64,000 bases of DNA, taken from contig NC_068982.1 of NCBI RefSeq assembly GCF_001194135.2, positions 36,472,597-36,536,596 on the forward strand, given 5' to 3'. The notes under the pieces were generated by a model. The model made no database searches, was not told the DNA's origin, and saw only the letters and a list, made by a program, of their open reading frames with translations. Made by a program: the position numbers and the translations under genes. The first letter of the stretch is position 1. Each line of letters starts with the position of its first letter. Positions 10,976 to 24,349 of this stretch are shown piece by piece. The stretch is from Octopus bimaculoides (lineage: Eukaryota).

Positions 10976-12867
10976 AGTGTAAATGTATCATAACTTTAAA
11001 TAGTTTTTAATGGATAGTTGGCCTTATTGAGCAATGCCAGGACACCTTTAACCTGTTTTGACGATTTTAGTATATGGGTGAACAAATTGACCTCAGTACT
11101 TATTTTTTTAAGGTTGGTACTTATTCTATCTGTATCTTTTGCTGAACCACTAAGTTATGGATATATAAACAAACTAACAGCAGTTGTCAAGTGATGGTGA
11201 GAGACAAACACAAATACACACATACTTAATTACATATAATATTTACAAATCTTGTAGATATATTGCAAAAATTCTGCTTAGCTGATTACAATGCTGTTAG
11301 AAGATTTATTGGCATTCCTCCCAGACAGTAGCAATACAAATTTTAGTGACATTGTTAGAATTTCTTAAATTATATACTAAAAGTTCAACCAAATTCTGTG
11401 CAGAAAAGATTTAATTCAACCAAACAATATATTACAATACAACAGACATGCTTTTGAGGTGACAATAAATGATATAATTAGCAAATGATTCTAATAGAAG
11501 AGGAGAAAAAGAGAAACAAATGCATAGCATATACACTATGAGCTACAAATACAGAAAAAAAAAATGACTGATGGAGGGTATTTGTCTAATGAGTTGCTGA
11601 GTGGTTAAAGACATCATTCACAATCATGTAATTCTTGGTTCAATCTCACTGTATGACTAAATTGCTAGAAACCATGCAGAAGCCTGTCAAATGAACTCTG
11701 TGTATCAAAGAAACAGCTTTGTCACACAGTGTCCTGTTGGTTTTACCTAAGAATTACATTACAGGTACAATTATTGGTGAAATACTTTATGGATTTATTG
11801 AGCAGATAATGCTATTAATCAAATAACGAGAACACATATTACTTGAAATTAACAAGCTATTTCATCAAAATTCTGAAACTGCAAGATATACAGAACTTAA
11901 GACCTTAAACTATTAACTGTTTATTTCTAACATTCTGAGGTAAGATCTATGGATAATAATAATGCTAAGCAAGAACTAAATTAGTTTTCCAACATGTAAA
12001 TTAAATTTTTCGGACAAAAGTTTACAGCCATTTGAATGAACAGGATGAAATCTGAGTTAAAAAAAATGACTGTCAGTTTTGACATCCATCATCAACTTTG
12101 AGTATTGGTGTTGTAAAGCTGTATGTATTTTGGGTGAGGTAGCTGAGAGCTAAACTCCCATCAATGGCCTCTTGACTAGTTGATACCTTCTAGTCCCTGG
12201 CCCACTGGAATACTGTCTCCTTTTGCAGTCTTTTCTATCACTGCTATAACGGCAGAATTTGAACTCTAAGCATTTTGAACGGCATGCTAACGAGTCTACC
12301 ATTTTGCTGCCTTACTCATTTTTAATATTGTTTATCAAAAATGGTGGCAGTTATAGTGAAGAATTCTCCTAGTAGTGTTTCTCTGTGCTGTTGTTCCATT
12401 TTTACCCATGCTGTCAGATTGGTCCCACTTTTTGTGCAATTTTTAAAAAATGTATAATGCTACAGTTTTTGCTTCACAGTTTTCAGAAATGTGATATTTC
12501 AACTTGTTTTTTTCTTCAGACCAAGCAAAGACTTTTGCAATTTAACCTTTCACGACTGGATAAAATTTTCCTTACCATTCTAGCATTACTATCATCACAA
12601 TGTGTTAACAGCAGTCCTATTACACTAGATTCATCAATTTATTAATTCATGGCCAACTCTTTTATACTATCCACAGTTTGTCTGTGCATCTCAGTTGTTT
12701 CCTTTCCAACCCATTGAGTGATCTTTGTGCTTTACTAACAACTATTTTTTTACTTGTAAACTATGCTATAGATGTTCAGATTGGGCATTGTCTACCTTTT
12801 CCTCACTTGTCTATGAAGGCCTACAAAGGTCATGATACACTATTCATCTTTAGCTCACTAACTCATT

Positions 12868-13187
12868 TGTGTGTGTGTATGTATGTATGTATGTATGTAT
12901 GTATGTATGTATGTATGTATGTATGTAGTGTCTTGGGAAACCACTACACACATCAAAGAATCGTGCAAACCAAAGTGTGTGTGTGTATGTATGTATNNNN
13001 NNNNNNNNNNNNNNNNNNNNNNNNNNNNNNNNNNNNNNNNNNNNNNNNNNNNNNNNNNNNNNNNNNNNNNNNNNNNNNNNNNNNNNNNNNNNNNNNNNNN
13101 NNNNNNNNNNNNNNNNNNNNNNNNNNNNNNNNNNNNNNNNNNNNNNNNNNATCTTACAAAACAAAGTGTGTACACACACACATGCAT

Positions 13188-13225
<38 letters not shown>

Positions 13226-13445
13226 ATGTATGTATCTATATATATATACATATACATATACACACATACATACACACACATATATATATGGAAACATAAA
13301 TATATATACATATACACACACACATATACATACACACACACATATATGCATGCATATATATATGTGTGAATGTATACATACATACATACATGCATCCATG
13401 CATACATACATACATACATACATACATACGTACGTACGTACATAC
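12868..13445. repeat. Compound (TATG)n/(CA)n/(TA)n microsatellite with an N gap
   Basis: Direct reading; source of the many spurious ORFs here. Confidence 0.95.
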
Positions 13446-13619
13446 ATAGTGCCGGTGCTGTGTAAAAGCACTCAGTAAAGTGGTTGGCATTGAGAAGGGC
13501 ATCCAGTCATAGAAACCATGCCAAAACAGAGGTGGAGCATGGCCAGCTCTTAAGCTGGCTAGCGCCTGTCAAACCGTCCAACCCATGCCAGCATAGAAAA
13601 CAGACCTTAAATTATGATG

Positions 13620-14460
13620 ATGATCGGAAAAAAGTGAAAAGATAGAGTCGATTGCAGCAGGACTTGAATTAAGAATTACAAAACAAAGAAACCGATATAA
13701 AATATCTACTCACACCTAATACTATAAACTAAAATTTCTTATGTAAGGAGTATTTACAAATATACTTGTTCTCGCCGACAAGAGTGAATTCAGTGAGAAG
13801 AGTAGTATACTGAGGATCAATAGAATCGTTAGATGTCAAAATATAATGCCTAACAGTATTTAGTTATGGCCCTTAACGTTCTGAGTTCAAATTTCCTAGC
13901 ATAGTGTCCTTTCTGGTTCGACGAAATAAAGAAACAGTTAAATATGAGGACTGATTCATATTCCGATAAGCCAACCTGGATGTGAATAGAATTGTAATAC
14001 AAGAAAAATATAAATTATCCTGAGAATTATCTAATATTTTCAACAGCAACGTAAGAAACCTGCAAGGTCTAAGGGAAATAATTCTTCTTAGCTTCTCAAC
14101 AAATGTTCGGAGTAATGTCATCGTTGTCGCCATGGCAAATATCATCGTCATTATTATGAAAGTTAATCCATTTATACATCTCTGCGTATTCCTCCCCGCT
14201 ACCGCCTCCCCGCTACCTCCACCACTTATTTCTCCCTTCCTCTTTGTTTTATGCTAAGTCGTGAAAAAAAAATCCAGCTCCAAATTATTAACCAGTTTGA
14301 AAATCATTAACCATAGATCTTTATCATTCGTATTACGGTATGGCAATTAGATTGTAAAAATGCAATAATAATATAAGAAAGCAATCAATATAAATGTATT
14401 GAAGATATGGTTAATAATTTGCACCAAAACTAATAAAACTTTTGATAATGTGTGCGAATA
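13620..14460. promoter_or_regulatory. Second CpG-rich island, putative promoter
   Basis: About 23 CpG in 840 bp by eye. Tandem GC-box-like CCTCCCCGCTACC occurs twice (14191-14203 and 14205-14217). Confidence 0.5.
14060..14133 (-). CDS. Candidate first exon MATTMTLLRTFVEKLRRIISLRPC(R), mitochondrial-presequence-like
   Basis: GCCATGG Kozak inside the CpG island. The peptide is rich in R/L/T/S with one acidic residue. The donor CAG|gtttct is only moderate. Confidence 0.2.
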
Positions 14461-14756
14461 AGGTGGGATGGGGGTGTCTATGACTATCATCATTATTAAT
14501 TTTTATATTTTTCTCCATTTTGGTATGAATTGAACAGGTTTGCATTTCTATGTCCTTCTAGATAATTCAACTCCAAAATATCTTTAACATAAAAAAGTCA
14601 GTTTCACGACATTGAGATTTCAAGTTCAGTTTTGCTGTGCAGTACTTTGAGCAAGTGTTGTCTACTATAGTCTGAAGCTGACCTCAATGTCTTCTGAGTG
14701 AATTTAGTAGATAGAAATTCTAAGGAAGCCTGTCGTGTGTGTGTGTGTGTGTGTGG

Positions 14757-14838
<82 letters not shown>

Positions 14839-15139
14839 TTGTCTTTGACTGCTTGATAATTGATATTGATTTGTTTATGTGCTCATAAGTTAGTGGTTTA
14901 GTAAAATAAAAATAAAATAAAAATAGAATGAAATAAATACTGAAGTACTAAACTCTTCAAGGTTACTCTAGCATGGCCACAGTCAAATGACAGAATCAAA
15001 TAAGAGAATAAAAGAATATTGTTTATCTAAGATTCTGGTTGAAGCTTTTCCAACTGCTTATTCCCAACTGCTATGAAAGTGCTGGCCTGAAGTATATATA
15101 ATCAAACCTCCAACAAAAGGTGCTCGTTTCTACGGCTTC

Positions 15140-15400
15140 AAAAGAGAACATTTTGTAAGAACAACTTATTCTTATCCTGAACATTAGCTTCCAGGTAGGC
15201 ATCATTGTTGACAACAACCTTAGCTGGGAATGTCACACTAAAAATAAAATATATTTGTTCAGTTGCCAAGTGGTATCCAAAATATCTGAAAGAGCCACTC
15301 AGAAGACCAGACCACCACAATGATAAGAAGATACTTCAATTAAACAAGATGGAAAAAAATGGTGCAATTAAAAGAGAATTGGAAGCACATTGTGACTAGT
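15140..15400 (+). mobile_element. CR1/L2-like RT relic
   Basis: GIIVDNNLSWECH at 15198-15236 resembles the LG(V/I).ID..LSW..H motif. Confidence 0.4.
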
Positions 15401-16064
15401 GATGTATAACAACGTTCAATAGTCTGGTCGATTCAGTGATGTGGTGAGATTTGCTCAAAGATATGTTCTTGGATTCTAAGGACCTCCTGTTCAAGGATCC
15501 AAATGTCATTCATTTCCAATTCTCTGCTTTTGAATTTTGCCTGGCTGGCTTCATCTAGAATATTGTTGTCCTTGAAGTCTCTCTGTAACAAGTCAGACAT
15601 CTGCCTTACTGTGACACATTTAACTATTGCACATCACCAACCTCCACCTCTGAGGTGCTGCAGCATTTCAGGTCAGCTGACTGGCTGGGGTTATGCCAGT
15701 TAGGGTGAAGCACATGTGCTCTATTCCTGATCCATCGGAAATAGCTAGACAGGTGACTGAAACCATCTTTTTAGGCATGTCACTCCTCTCACCATATATA
15801 ACCATATCTCACAGCCAACAATTCATAATTGGTTCACTTACAGTTGCACTACTGCATTTAAAAACAAAAATAAACACACTTGGAAATAATGTAATTCTGT
15901 AATTCCTGCAAGACCAATCATGTAGAATGTGAAAATTTCCTCTGTGCATCATACATCCCCCAATAATTCTGTCTTCTGATTGCATAAAAGTAGAGTTTTA
16001 GATAAAATTGGGTACAAATTCATTAATGTCAAATTGATTAAATCTGTAGGTGTGTTTCAATACT

Positions 16065-17412
16065 ATCATCATCATCGTTTAACGTCCGCTTTCCATGCTA
16101 GCATGGGTTGGACGATTTGACTGAGGACTGGTGAAACCGGATGGCAACACCAGGCTTCAGTTTGATTTGGCAGAGTTTCTACAGCTGGATGCCCTTCCTA
16201 ACGCCAACCACTCAGAGAGTGTAGTGGGTGCTTTTACGTGTCACCAGCACGAAAACGGCCACGCTCGAAATGGTGTCTTTTATGTGCCACCCGCACAAGC
16301 CAGTCCAGGGGCACTGGCAACGATCTCGCTCGAAAATCCTACAGGAGCCAGTCAGGCGGTACTGGCAACGGCCNNNNNNNNNNNNNNNNNNNNNNNNNNN
16401 NNNNNNNNNNNNNNNNNNNNNNNNNNNNNNNNNNNNNNNNNNNNNNNNNNNNNNNNNNNNNNNNNNNNNNNNNNNNNNNNNNNNNNNNNNNNNNNNNNNN
16501 NNNNNNNNNNNNNNNNNNNNNNNNNNNNNNNNNNNNNNNNNNNNNNNNNNNNNNNNNNNNNNNNNNNNNNNNNNNNNNNNNNNNNNNNNNNNNNNNNNNN
16601 NNNNNNNNNNNNNNNNNNNNNNNNNNNNNNNNNNNNNNNNNNNNNNNNNNNNNNNNNNNNNNNNNNNNNNNNNNNNNNNNNNNNNNNNNNNNNNNNNNNN
16701 NNNNNNNNNNNNNNNNNNNNNNNNNNNNNNNNNNNNNNNNNNNNNNNNNNNNNNNNNNNNNNNNNNNNNNNNNNNNNNNNNNNNNNNNNNNNNNNNNNNN
16801 NNNNNNNNNNNNNNNNNNNNNNNNNNNNNNNNNNNNNNNNNNNNNNNNNNNNNNNNNNNNNNNNNNNNNNNNNNNNNNNNNNNNNNNNNNNNNNNNNNNN
16901 NNNNNNNNNNNNNNNNNNNNNNNNNNNNNNNNNNNNNNNNNNNNNNNNNNNNNNNNNNNNNNNNNNNNNNNNNNNNNNNNNNNNNNNNNNNNNNNNNNNN
17001 NNNNNNNNNNNNNNNNNNNNNNNNNNNNNNNNNNNNNATGGTTGTTCGTACGCATGCGTCATACAGTCTGCCTTTTACTCTGAGTGAGAGTCCCTTTGTC
17101 GCCAGCAGGGGTAAGAGCTCTCTAAACTTTGCCCAGGCTATTCTTATTCTAGCAGCTACACTTTCAGCGCACCCACCCCCACTACTAACTTGGTCGCCCA
17201 GATAGCGGAAGCTATCGACTACCTCTAGTTTTTCACCCTGGAATGAGATAGAAGTTGTTTCCTGTTTGTTTGCAGTCTTTATTGCACCTGAACATCTGCC
17301 ACAAACAAAAACTAACTTGCTAGTTAACCTGCCTTTGATGTTGCTGCACCTCTTATGTGTCCATAGCTTGCACCGGGTACATCTTATAGAGTTACTACCT
17401 ACTCCTTTTCCT
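16065..17412 (-). mobile_element. 5'-truncated RTE-clade LINE with (GAT)n tail; spans an N gap
   Basis: Open minus frame KGVGSNSIRCTRCKLWTHKRC...VCGRC...EVVDSFRYLGDQVSSGGGC..AWAKFRELLPLL...KGRLYDACVRT. The 3' end reads catcatcatcgtttaacgtccgc on the plus strand. Confidence 0.92.
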
Positions 17413-17419
17413 GAACTTG

Positions 17420-17535
17420 TTAATGACATGACACTATTAAACCAGTTAATAATATGACATTATTGAACCAGCAAAATACTATTGAACCTGCTAATGACAT
17501 GATGTTATTCAACCAGTTAATGATATGATTTTTTC
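17420..17535. repeat. ~26-bp degenerate minisatellite, about 4.5 copies
   Basis: Units: ttaatgacatgacactattaaaccag / ttaataatatgacattattgaaccag / ctaatgacatgatgttattcaaccag. Confidence 0.7.
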
Positions 17536-18459
17536 AGTGAGCTAACAATGTGATATTCTTAAACCAGAAAATGATGCCATATAACTGGTTCAATAATATT
17601 GATATTAAGCACACCTATAAATTCACTCAATTTGATATTGTTGATTTTTCCTCCTTTATATTTAAAATGTTACTATGCAGTGCCATAGAATTTGCTAAGA
17701 ACTACAAGACAATAGATTATACTGATGTAGATGTAATAATCCTTTCTACTATAGGTACAAGGCCTGAAATTTTGGGGAGGAGGTGCTAGTCAATTACCAG
17801 GGCTCAGTTGGTACTTATTTTATTGACCCTTTGGCAGAATATGAACTCAGATGAAATGCCACTAAGCATTTTACCCTTTGTGCTAATTATACTGCCATGG
17901 AAGCTAGAAAACCCTGCTAGTCAGTAAGGACTCCACCTAAGAAAAAGACATAACATAACAGGTTCCTTTGATGTAAGAATGGGGTAATATGACAAGCCAG
18001 ATATATGCAGTTTTGAGGATTATACATCTTAGCTGTTATTACTAAGAAATTTATTGTCTTTACAGAGATGATGAGTTAGTTATAACAAAAGGACTGATGA
18101 TCACACTTGAGACAAATTAAAGAAGGACATCATCCATATGTTAAGCACAAAAAGTGCTTAAATAACTATAGACATTGACTTAATAACAGTTGATATTTTG
18201 ATTTTACACTAAACTTAATAACTAGCCTATACAGACCTTTCAGAAAGAAAAAAAAGAAAAGAAAAAAAAAGAAACACTCTCTTACATTAGTTTAGGATTC
18301 TGTCTGCTGTCCCCCACACCCTATAGTTTTTGAGAACTTCATCAACAACATTAGCAGAAGAATTTCCAGACTGTCTTCCAATATGAAAATATTTGTTATG
18401 GTAGCCCCTAACAATAATAATGCTTTGCTAGCAAGTTGATACAAAGAGAAAACTACCAA

Positions 18460-19554
18460 CTGCGATTGTGGATGACCCCCTCTGTGCCAGTAATCCATTA
18501 CTCTTACAGTCTTCTTTATCCACTCTACACTCATGGCACGTAACACACTGGTCACCAAACTCTACTCTTGCCCTGCCAACCACCACACCTCCCAATCATG
18601 TGATCACGTCTATTCCAACCATTACATCAATGCCATCCACCACCTCATCAACTACAATCACCTGCAGCCTCAACACAGACCCTTGTATCTCCATTCCCAC
18701 GTTGCTGATGCCCCTGAATTTGACCTCCCTACCATCTACCGTTCTGAGTCTGGTGTTTCCTCTCTAACTCTCGACCATTCAGTGTTGTGCAACCCGTATC
18801 CACAAGGGCTTGTGCCTCCCATGCTCCCACCATAAGCCTCACTACAGGCAATGTTTAGTGGTGTGTCTTCAGTTGGTCGTGGATAGATGGTAGTCCCCCT
18901 TTTTTTGTTTCCTGGCTTGCAGTTATTCGCTATGTGCCCAGGGTGGCTGCTTTGGAAACACACCACCATTGGCTTCAGTTCTGTGCATTACCTGACCATG
19001 TGCAGACCTCGACATCTGAAGCATGGTCCCTCAGTACTTCATCTCATCAGACTCTTGCTGTTGTTGTTTGCTGCCTGCTACTTCATCCCACTTGTATCCA
19101 CCGTAACTGTTGCCACTACGTTGCGAGTGTTGCTTTGCGACAACACCTGCAATTTGTCAATCATCTCTCCTACCGACAGCCACTCCATCCACTCCATCGC
19201 TGCTCCAGTAAACCCTGATAGGCCCATCAACCTCCTAATCTCGCTCACATAATCATCTATCTGCTCGCTGGTCAATCTCATTCTCCCGAGCTTGCTGTAA
19301 GCTTTAAAAGCCTCCTCCATGTATGCGTCCTTCAGCTGCTCTTCAATTTTTTCCAGTTTCTCTTGGTCTGCCTCACCCCTCTCCAGGTAGAGATTCAGTG
19401 CACTGCCTTCTAAGTACATAGACATAAGGCTAGCCACATCTTCTGTTCCCTGCAGCTGTGCCATGAGTCTCACCTTCTATATCCAGGCGACCACATCACC
19501 TTCTCCAGTGAACGGTCTCAACACCTCATTACTGATTCTGATTCTTGTGGCCAT
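18460..19554 (-). pseudogene. Gypsy/Ty3 LTR retrotransposon gag-protease fragment
   Basis: MATRIRISNEVLRPFTGEGDVVAWI*KVRL... gag; knuckles CFRCRGLHMVR*C and CFQSSHPGHIANNC; aspartic-protease motif ALVDTGCTT. pol is truncated. Confidence 0.85.
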
Positions 19555-19667
19555 TACAAAAAAAAACAAAAAACAAAAAAAACAAGGAAGAACAAGATCA
19601 ACAAAAAAATATTAAAAAATCTGCTCCTTGGACATATCCTCACAGAGGGTAACAACATACCAAAGTA

Positions 19668-19890
19668 GCTTCTGTTCTGAAGGCACATAAATAAAGTCGT
19701 TCTTACCTCTGCTCACAATCAGATACTGCTGGCAGATTGTTCAATTCTTAACACATGTTGTCATGACCTTTCTATCACCACATCTAGCCTCTATCACAGA
19801 TAGCATGAAAAAGAGGGAAACTTTTCTTCTCACTCACTGACCTGACATCATCTTTCCCACCTTCTGGTCTTCCTTCTGCCACAGTCTACA
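19668..19890 (-). mobile_element. Possible 5' LTR of the Gypsy fragment
   Basis: Begins TGTAGACTGT on the minus strand upstream of the gag ATG. No second LTR is present to confirm the boundaries. Confidence 0.3.
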
Positions 19891-19914
19891 CCACTGTTGA
19901 TGTGAAAATTATTT

Positions 19915-20630
19915 GAGCTGATTAGTATCATCTAGGTTTTCACATCATTTACTCAGATCACATCAAGCATCCAATCAAGCAGCCCAAATGTTGGTAGGAG
20001 CACTGGTACAACAAACACATAGTAGGCCACTGTTTTATTGAATGTAGAGACTGTCAAGGTCCATATTTTACCTTGTCCAGCTGTAATATTCTTTAGTGAC
20101 ATGTGCCTTGTTACAGATACCATTGTAAGATATGTTTTCATCTACCTCTGGGTATCTGTAATATTTCCTCATCAGATATAGGAAAAACAGTTAAGTCATT
20201 AATGGAGATGCAGCAAGTCTGGTTTAAAGTTTTCCGTCTTTTCACAACCATATAGCAACATTTATCTAAATCAAACTCCAGCCCAATATCCATTGAGAAT
20301 GTTGTACCCAGATCAAGGCTCTTTTTCATCTCATGCATACTCTTGTCATCCAGTTTCAAATCATCCACAAAGAGGTAGTGTGTCAATTTAGTATTTCTGT
20401 TACCTTCAAACTTCCTCAACATAAATGATAAGGGGTTTACTGAAAGTATGGACAGCATTGCAGAGAAGCTGATCTGTTAGGATATACCTCTGTGATAATT
20501 ATTTTAATAGTGATGCTACAATCACTCCTTGCATTTAACTTCAAGATTGTAGCCCTCAATGAAGTCAAGCCAGGTATGGCTTTGGCTATGGTCTGTGGAA
20601 CTTTAGGAAGCCGAAGGTCTTCTAGCATTT
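19915..20630 (-). mobile_element. R4/Dong-like LINE RT fragment
   Basis: KLTHYLFVDDLKL...TTFSMDIGLEFDLDKC and NKTVAYYVFVVPVLLPTFGLLDW match the HL.YMDDLKL / FS.DIG..FGL.KC pattern of R4-clade RTs. Confidence 0.75.
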
Positions 20631-20659
20631 ATGAGTAGTGGACAGAGTCAAAGATTTTG

Positions 20660-20702
20660 TATCTATCTATCTGTCTGTCTATCTGTCTGTCTGTCTGTTT
20701 GC

Positions 20703-20770
<68 letters not shown>
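20660..20770. repeat. (TATC/TGTC)n microsatellite
   Basis: Direct reading. Confidence 0.95.
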
Positions 20771-21530
20771 AAATATATACATATATTGATTCATTGAGAT
20801 TATCTACCCTTCTCATTTGGAATTGGTTGCAACTGTCACTAGGAGTTTGTTTATCTTCTCCCAAAATAAAGATAGTTTCAATTAATCAAAGGCTTATCTT
20901 GTATAGTACTTAGTATACCCTCCTTCATTTTCATTGTCCAAAGTCAAGCCACTAGTCTTTCTGAATTATTTTCTTGCACATTTTCATTTAATTTGTGTGT
21001 GCATATGTATGTATATGATGTATGTGTGTGTGTATGGGTGGGTTAGAGTGTTTTTATTTGATTTTCTGCAGAATTCAAGCCAGTCATAACAAAGTAACAA
21101 GGCTTCTTTGCTTGAATCAAGGTTGTTCCATATAGCTGCAAACAGATTAGCATAAATTAATGTTTGCAGATATGTGAGTATGTGTGGATGAACCTCCATT
21201 CCTGTAATGGTCGTATACATCACTTAACATACAAAAGTATATGGCAACTTTTTGTGATTGGATGTATATCTATGTTCATTGCTAGAAACTCAAATGGAAC
21301 TCAACTTGAAATGTTTTACAAATATTCATCACACCACTAATAGATTGAGTTTGAAAGATGCAAATTAGTTACCTTTGCCATTTTCTTAGAAACCCTCCAT
21401 GTTTCGAAGCTTTTATATAAATCTGTCATTACATAAGAAAGTGTTCCTAACAGGGTAGTAATTCTAATTGGGAGCCAACTCAATCTGTGATGACCCATCC
21501 AACCCATACCAGCATAGAAAATTGATATAA

Positions 21531-21584
<54 letters not shown>

Positions 21585-22799
21585 AAGTGTGCTTATGTGT
21601 ATTTATATATAAGCAATTATTTCTATGTGAATTACCTTATAAAATGTGTTTGAGTAACAGAAAATAAATAACAAAAGCACTTACAAAAAGACCCCTTCCT
21701 TCCATCAGGCCAAAGTTTATTTGCCTGTTTTTAAAGATTTTTCAATGTGATTAATAATGTTTGGTTTACGAAAATATTTTTTCAAATATAGTGACTGTAT
21801 CAACAAACTTTTCTTGCTTACAAATAATGCATTTGCTTTATATATTATATATCATATCAAACTTACTGATTTATTAAGTTATATAGCATTCTGTATATTT
21901 TGTAAAGATTTGAAAACATGCATTGAAATAGTAAATATACACATTTTATTAAGACAGGAAGCACTTTCATATGCACACAGTGCAAGTGGATGTTTGAATT
22001 ATAAGAATTTGTAAACTTAGGTTTGTAAGTTGGTAAACTTATATTTAAATGAATCAATTGCTAGGTTTTTGTAGTAATAAAGTTATATGATCCAGTATAA
22101 ATTGTGTTAGATACTTGAATTATTTCTTCTAACATAGATATATGTGATGTTAAAATGTTATTTATTATACTACCATATAATTTGCATTTAGGATATGGTA
22201 TGACTACAATGGCATTAAATTGTAAACATAAATATTTACAATGTGAATGAGAAAAACAATAACTATTTATTGAATTATAAAGTAATTAGAAATTTTGGTA
22301 GTGGGGCAAGTGCAGAAGAGAATGTTTGAAATTTTGAATTAATTATGTAAGAAAAACAAAATGTCTTTAACAAAGAATTGAAAGAATGTACTCTGAAGCC
22401 AGCTCCCATCTTCATCAAAATTTCCTACCCTTAAAAAAAGAAACTTGACCTTGCCAAGTACTCTTTTCTTGTACTTACTTTTAATATCTTAAAAAGGATG
22501 AGATAACCATAAATGATCATCTCATTCTAAACTTTGTGTGTCTCTTCTAATTCAATACAGTTTCCATAAAGCCAGATCATATACCACACACCAGTGGTCC
22601 CTTAATCATTGTGAATTTTGATGAAAGCAATATTGCTGCTGTTAGCATCAGCAAAGTTTGTCTGGGAGTTGTCTGCTTAATGGTTTCATCTGCTTATCAT
22701 CTCTTAAAAAAGAAGTTTTCTACTAGAGGACTTTTTTACAGAGTGGGATCTCTCAGTTCAAGTAATTTTCTTGTATCTTAAGGCAACTGTGTATCTCTC

Positions 22800-23220
22800 C
22801 ATGATCCTTCTTTGGTACATTAATAAGCTATGTGTCATTACTTCTTTCCACACATTCTTATGTAGAAAATACTACCCTTTACTCCTCCTCCACAAAACTA
22901 TCATTCACACATACACAACCTAGATACCTGCTAGACATACTGGTAACCTTATGTTCCCCTATGTTCTTTTCAAATGTACAATATGCATGCTGCATCTGTT
23001 TTAGCTTAGCAAATGCACCTGCCACTCCTATCATAATTCATCCTGTGTTTCAAATCCTGCCTTAAGTACTTTATCCAGGTATTTTGGAATTGCATTTATC
23101 TGGAACCTGCTCCTTATTCTTGGTTTCCATGTAAAATCCATCTACTGTTCAAGCTAAACATCAATAGCATTGATCTGATCTGTTTGAGAAGGCTTCCAAA
23201 AATCGTGGGTGCTGATCCTC
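22800..23220 (-). mobile_element. Old RTE LINE relic
   Basis: Broken minus frames resemble the RTE C-terminal ER.DASM.RWM and RLRW.GHV regions. Confidence 0.35.
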
Positions 23221-23576
23221 CTCCTATGATTAATTAAAACAGATAAATAGTTCTGTTCTATTCAACATGTTATATGCTGGGTAAGTTATTGGTTAAACAG
23301 AAAACAAAATACAAATCTGTTTATTCACTTAAGTACATTGGAACAGATATTGGCAGTTGTATTTGTGTATTGCACAAAACACATTCAAATAACAGATCAG
23401 ATATATAGGGAATGATTTCACTTATTAACTTCCAGATTAATATTGGATCAAATATTTCTTCTGGTTATGTGTGACAATAAGAAGAAGGTATACATCAAAT
23501 ATAGCGTTATTTGTTGGGAATGTAAGCTTGTGGTGGAAACTGCAAATGTTATGCAAATAAGTGTTATATGTTGGTA

Positions 23577-23616
<40 letters not shown>

Positions 23617-23883
23617 TACACATATGCACACACACACACATATATATATATGATTAATAGGATAGTAAGATCCTCTTTCATATACACTGGATATACTTGA
23701 ATAACATGAAGAAATCTTCATGTTATTCATGGTGGTTTTCTAGGAGCAAAAGGCAAATCTTGTAGCCAAGATAACAACTTTGTGTGGAGCCAATCACTTA
23801 GTGGGAACATTGCACAACACATGGAAAACATATTGGAAATTTCTGTATATATATATATATATATATATGGTATATATATATGG

Positions 23884-23915
<32 letters not shown>

Positions 23916-24349
23916 TGGTAAGGAAACTTTCTTCATATGATTATCAATATATATTGTATTTCTGAAGGCGTTTGCAGCATGGGATTTCTTTCATTTAGAT
24001 AAAAATAAATGAAAATAACCAGCATTTGATTGATAAGCAACGTAAAAAGACAAGTTTAGTGCAGGTAAGATAAAGATAAAAAAAAGTAGCTTCATATAAA
24101 CCATATAAGCATTTTCATTGATCATGAGAAATGGCCTGGTCATAAAATGAAAATGAACAAAGTTTGGTAGATAAACAGGTAATGGGAACCAAATAGTTAA
24201 AATAGAAGAATCCAAGGAAACTAGGCATGATATAAAATTCATTCCATTATTTGAATTATTGTGAATTAGAGGTTCGTGGTGGATATGGCACAGGTTGAAT
24301 AATAAATATTGGAGTGAAATAATTAGAGACAATAAAAGTAATAGTGATA

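Noticed and set aside
10863-11588. 22-nt direct repeat gactgatggagggtatttgtct (10874 and 11566) resembling a C/D snoRNA or hammerhead 5' half
   Set aside because: It is the antisense of the CR1 coding segment RQIPSISH, and no GAAA or terminal stem is present.
12678-13502. Long ORFs of YIYI/HTHT/CVCV composition here and at 23.4k, 27.2k, 32.1k, 36.1k, 41.1k, 49k, 52.3k and 63.5k
   Set aside because: These are translations of microsatellites and N gaps.
18286-18408. Candidate minus exon GYHNKYFHIGRQSGNSSANVVDEVLKNYRVWGTADRILN
   Set aside because: The frame hits TAA one base before the GTAAG donor, so it cannot be an internal exon, and there is no homology support.
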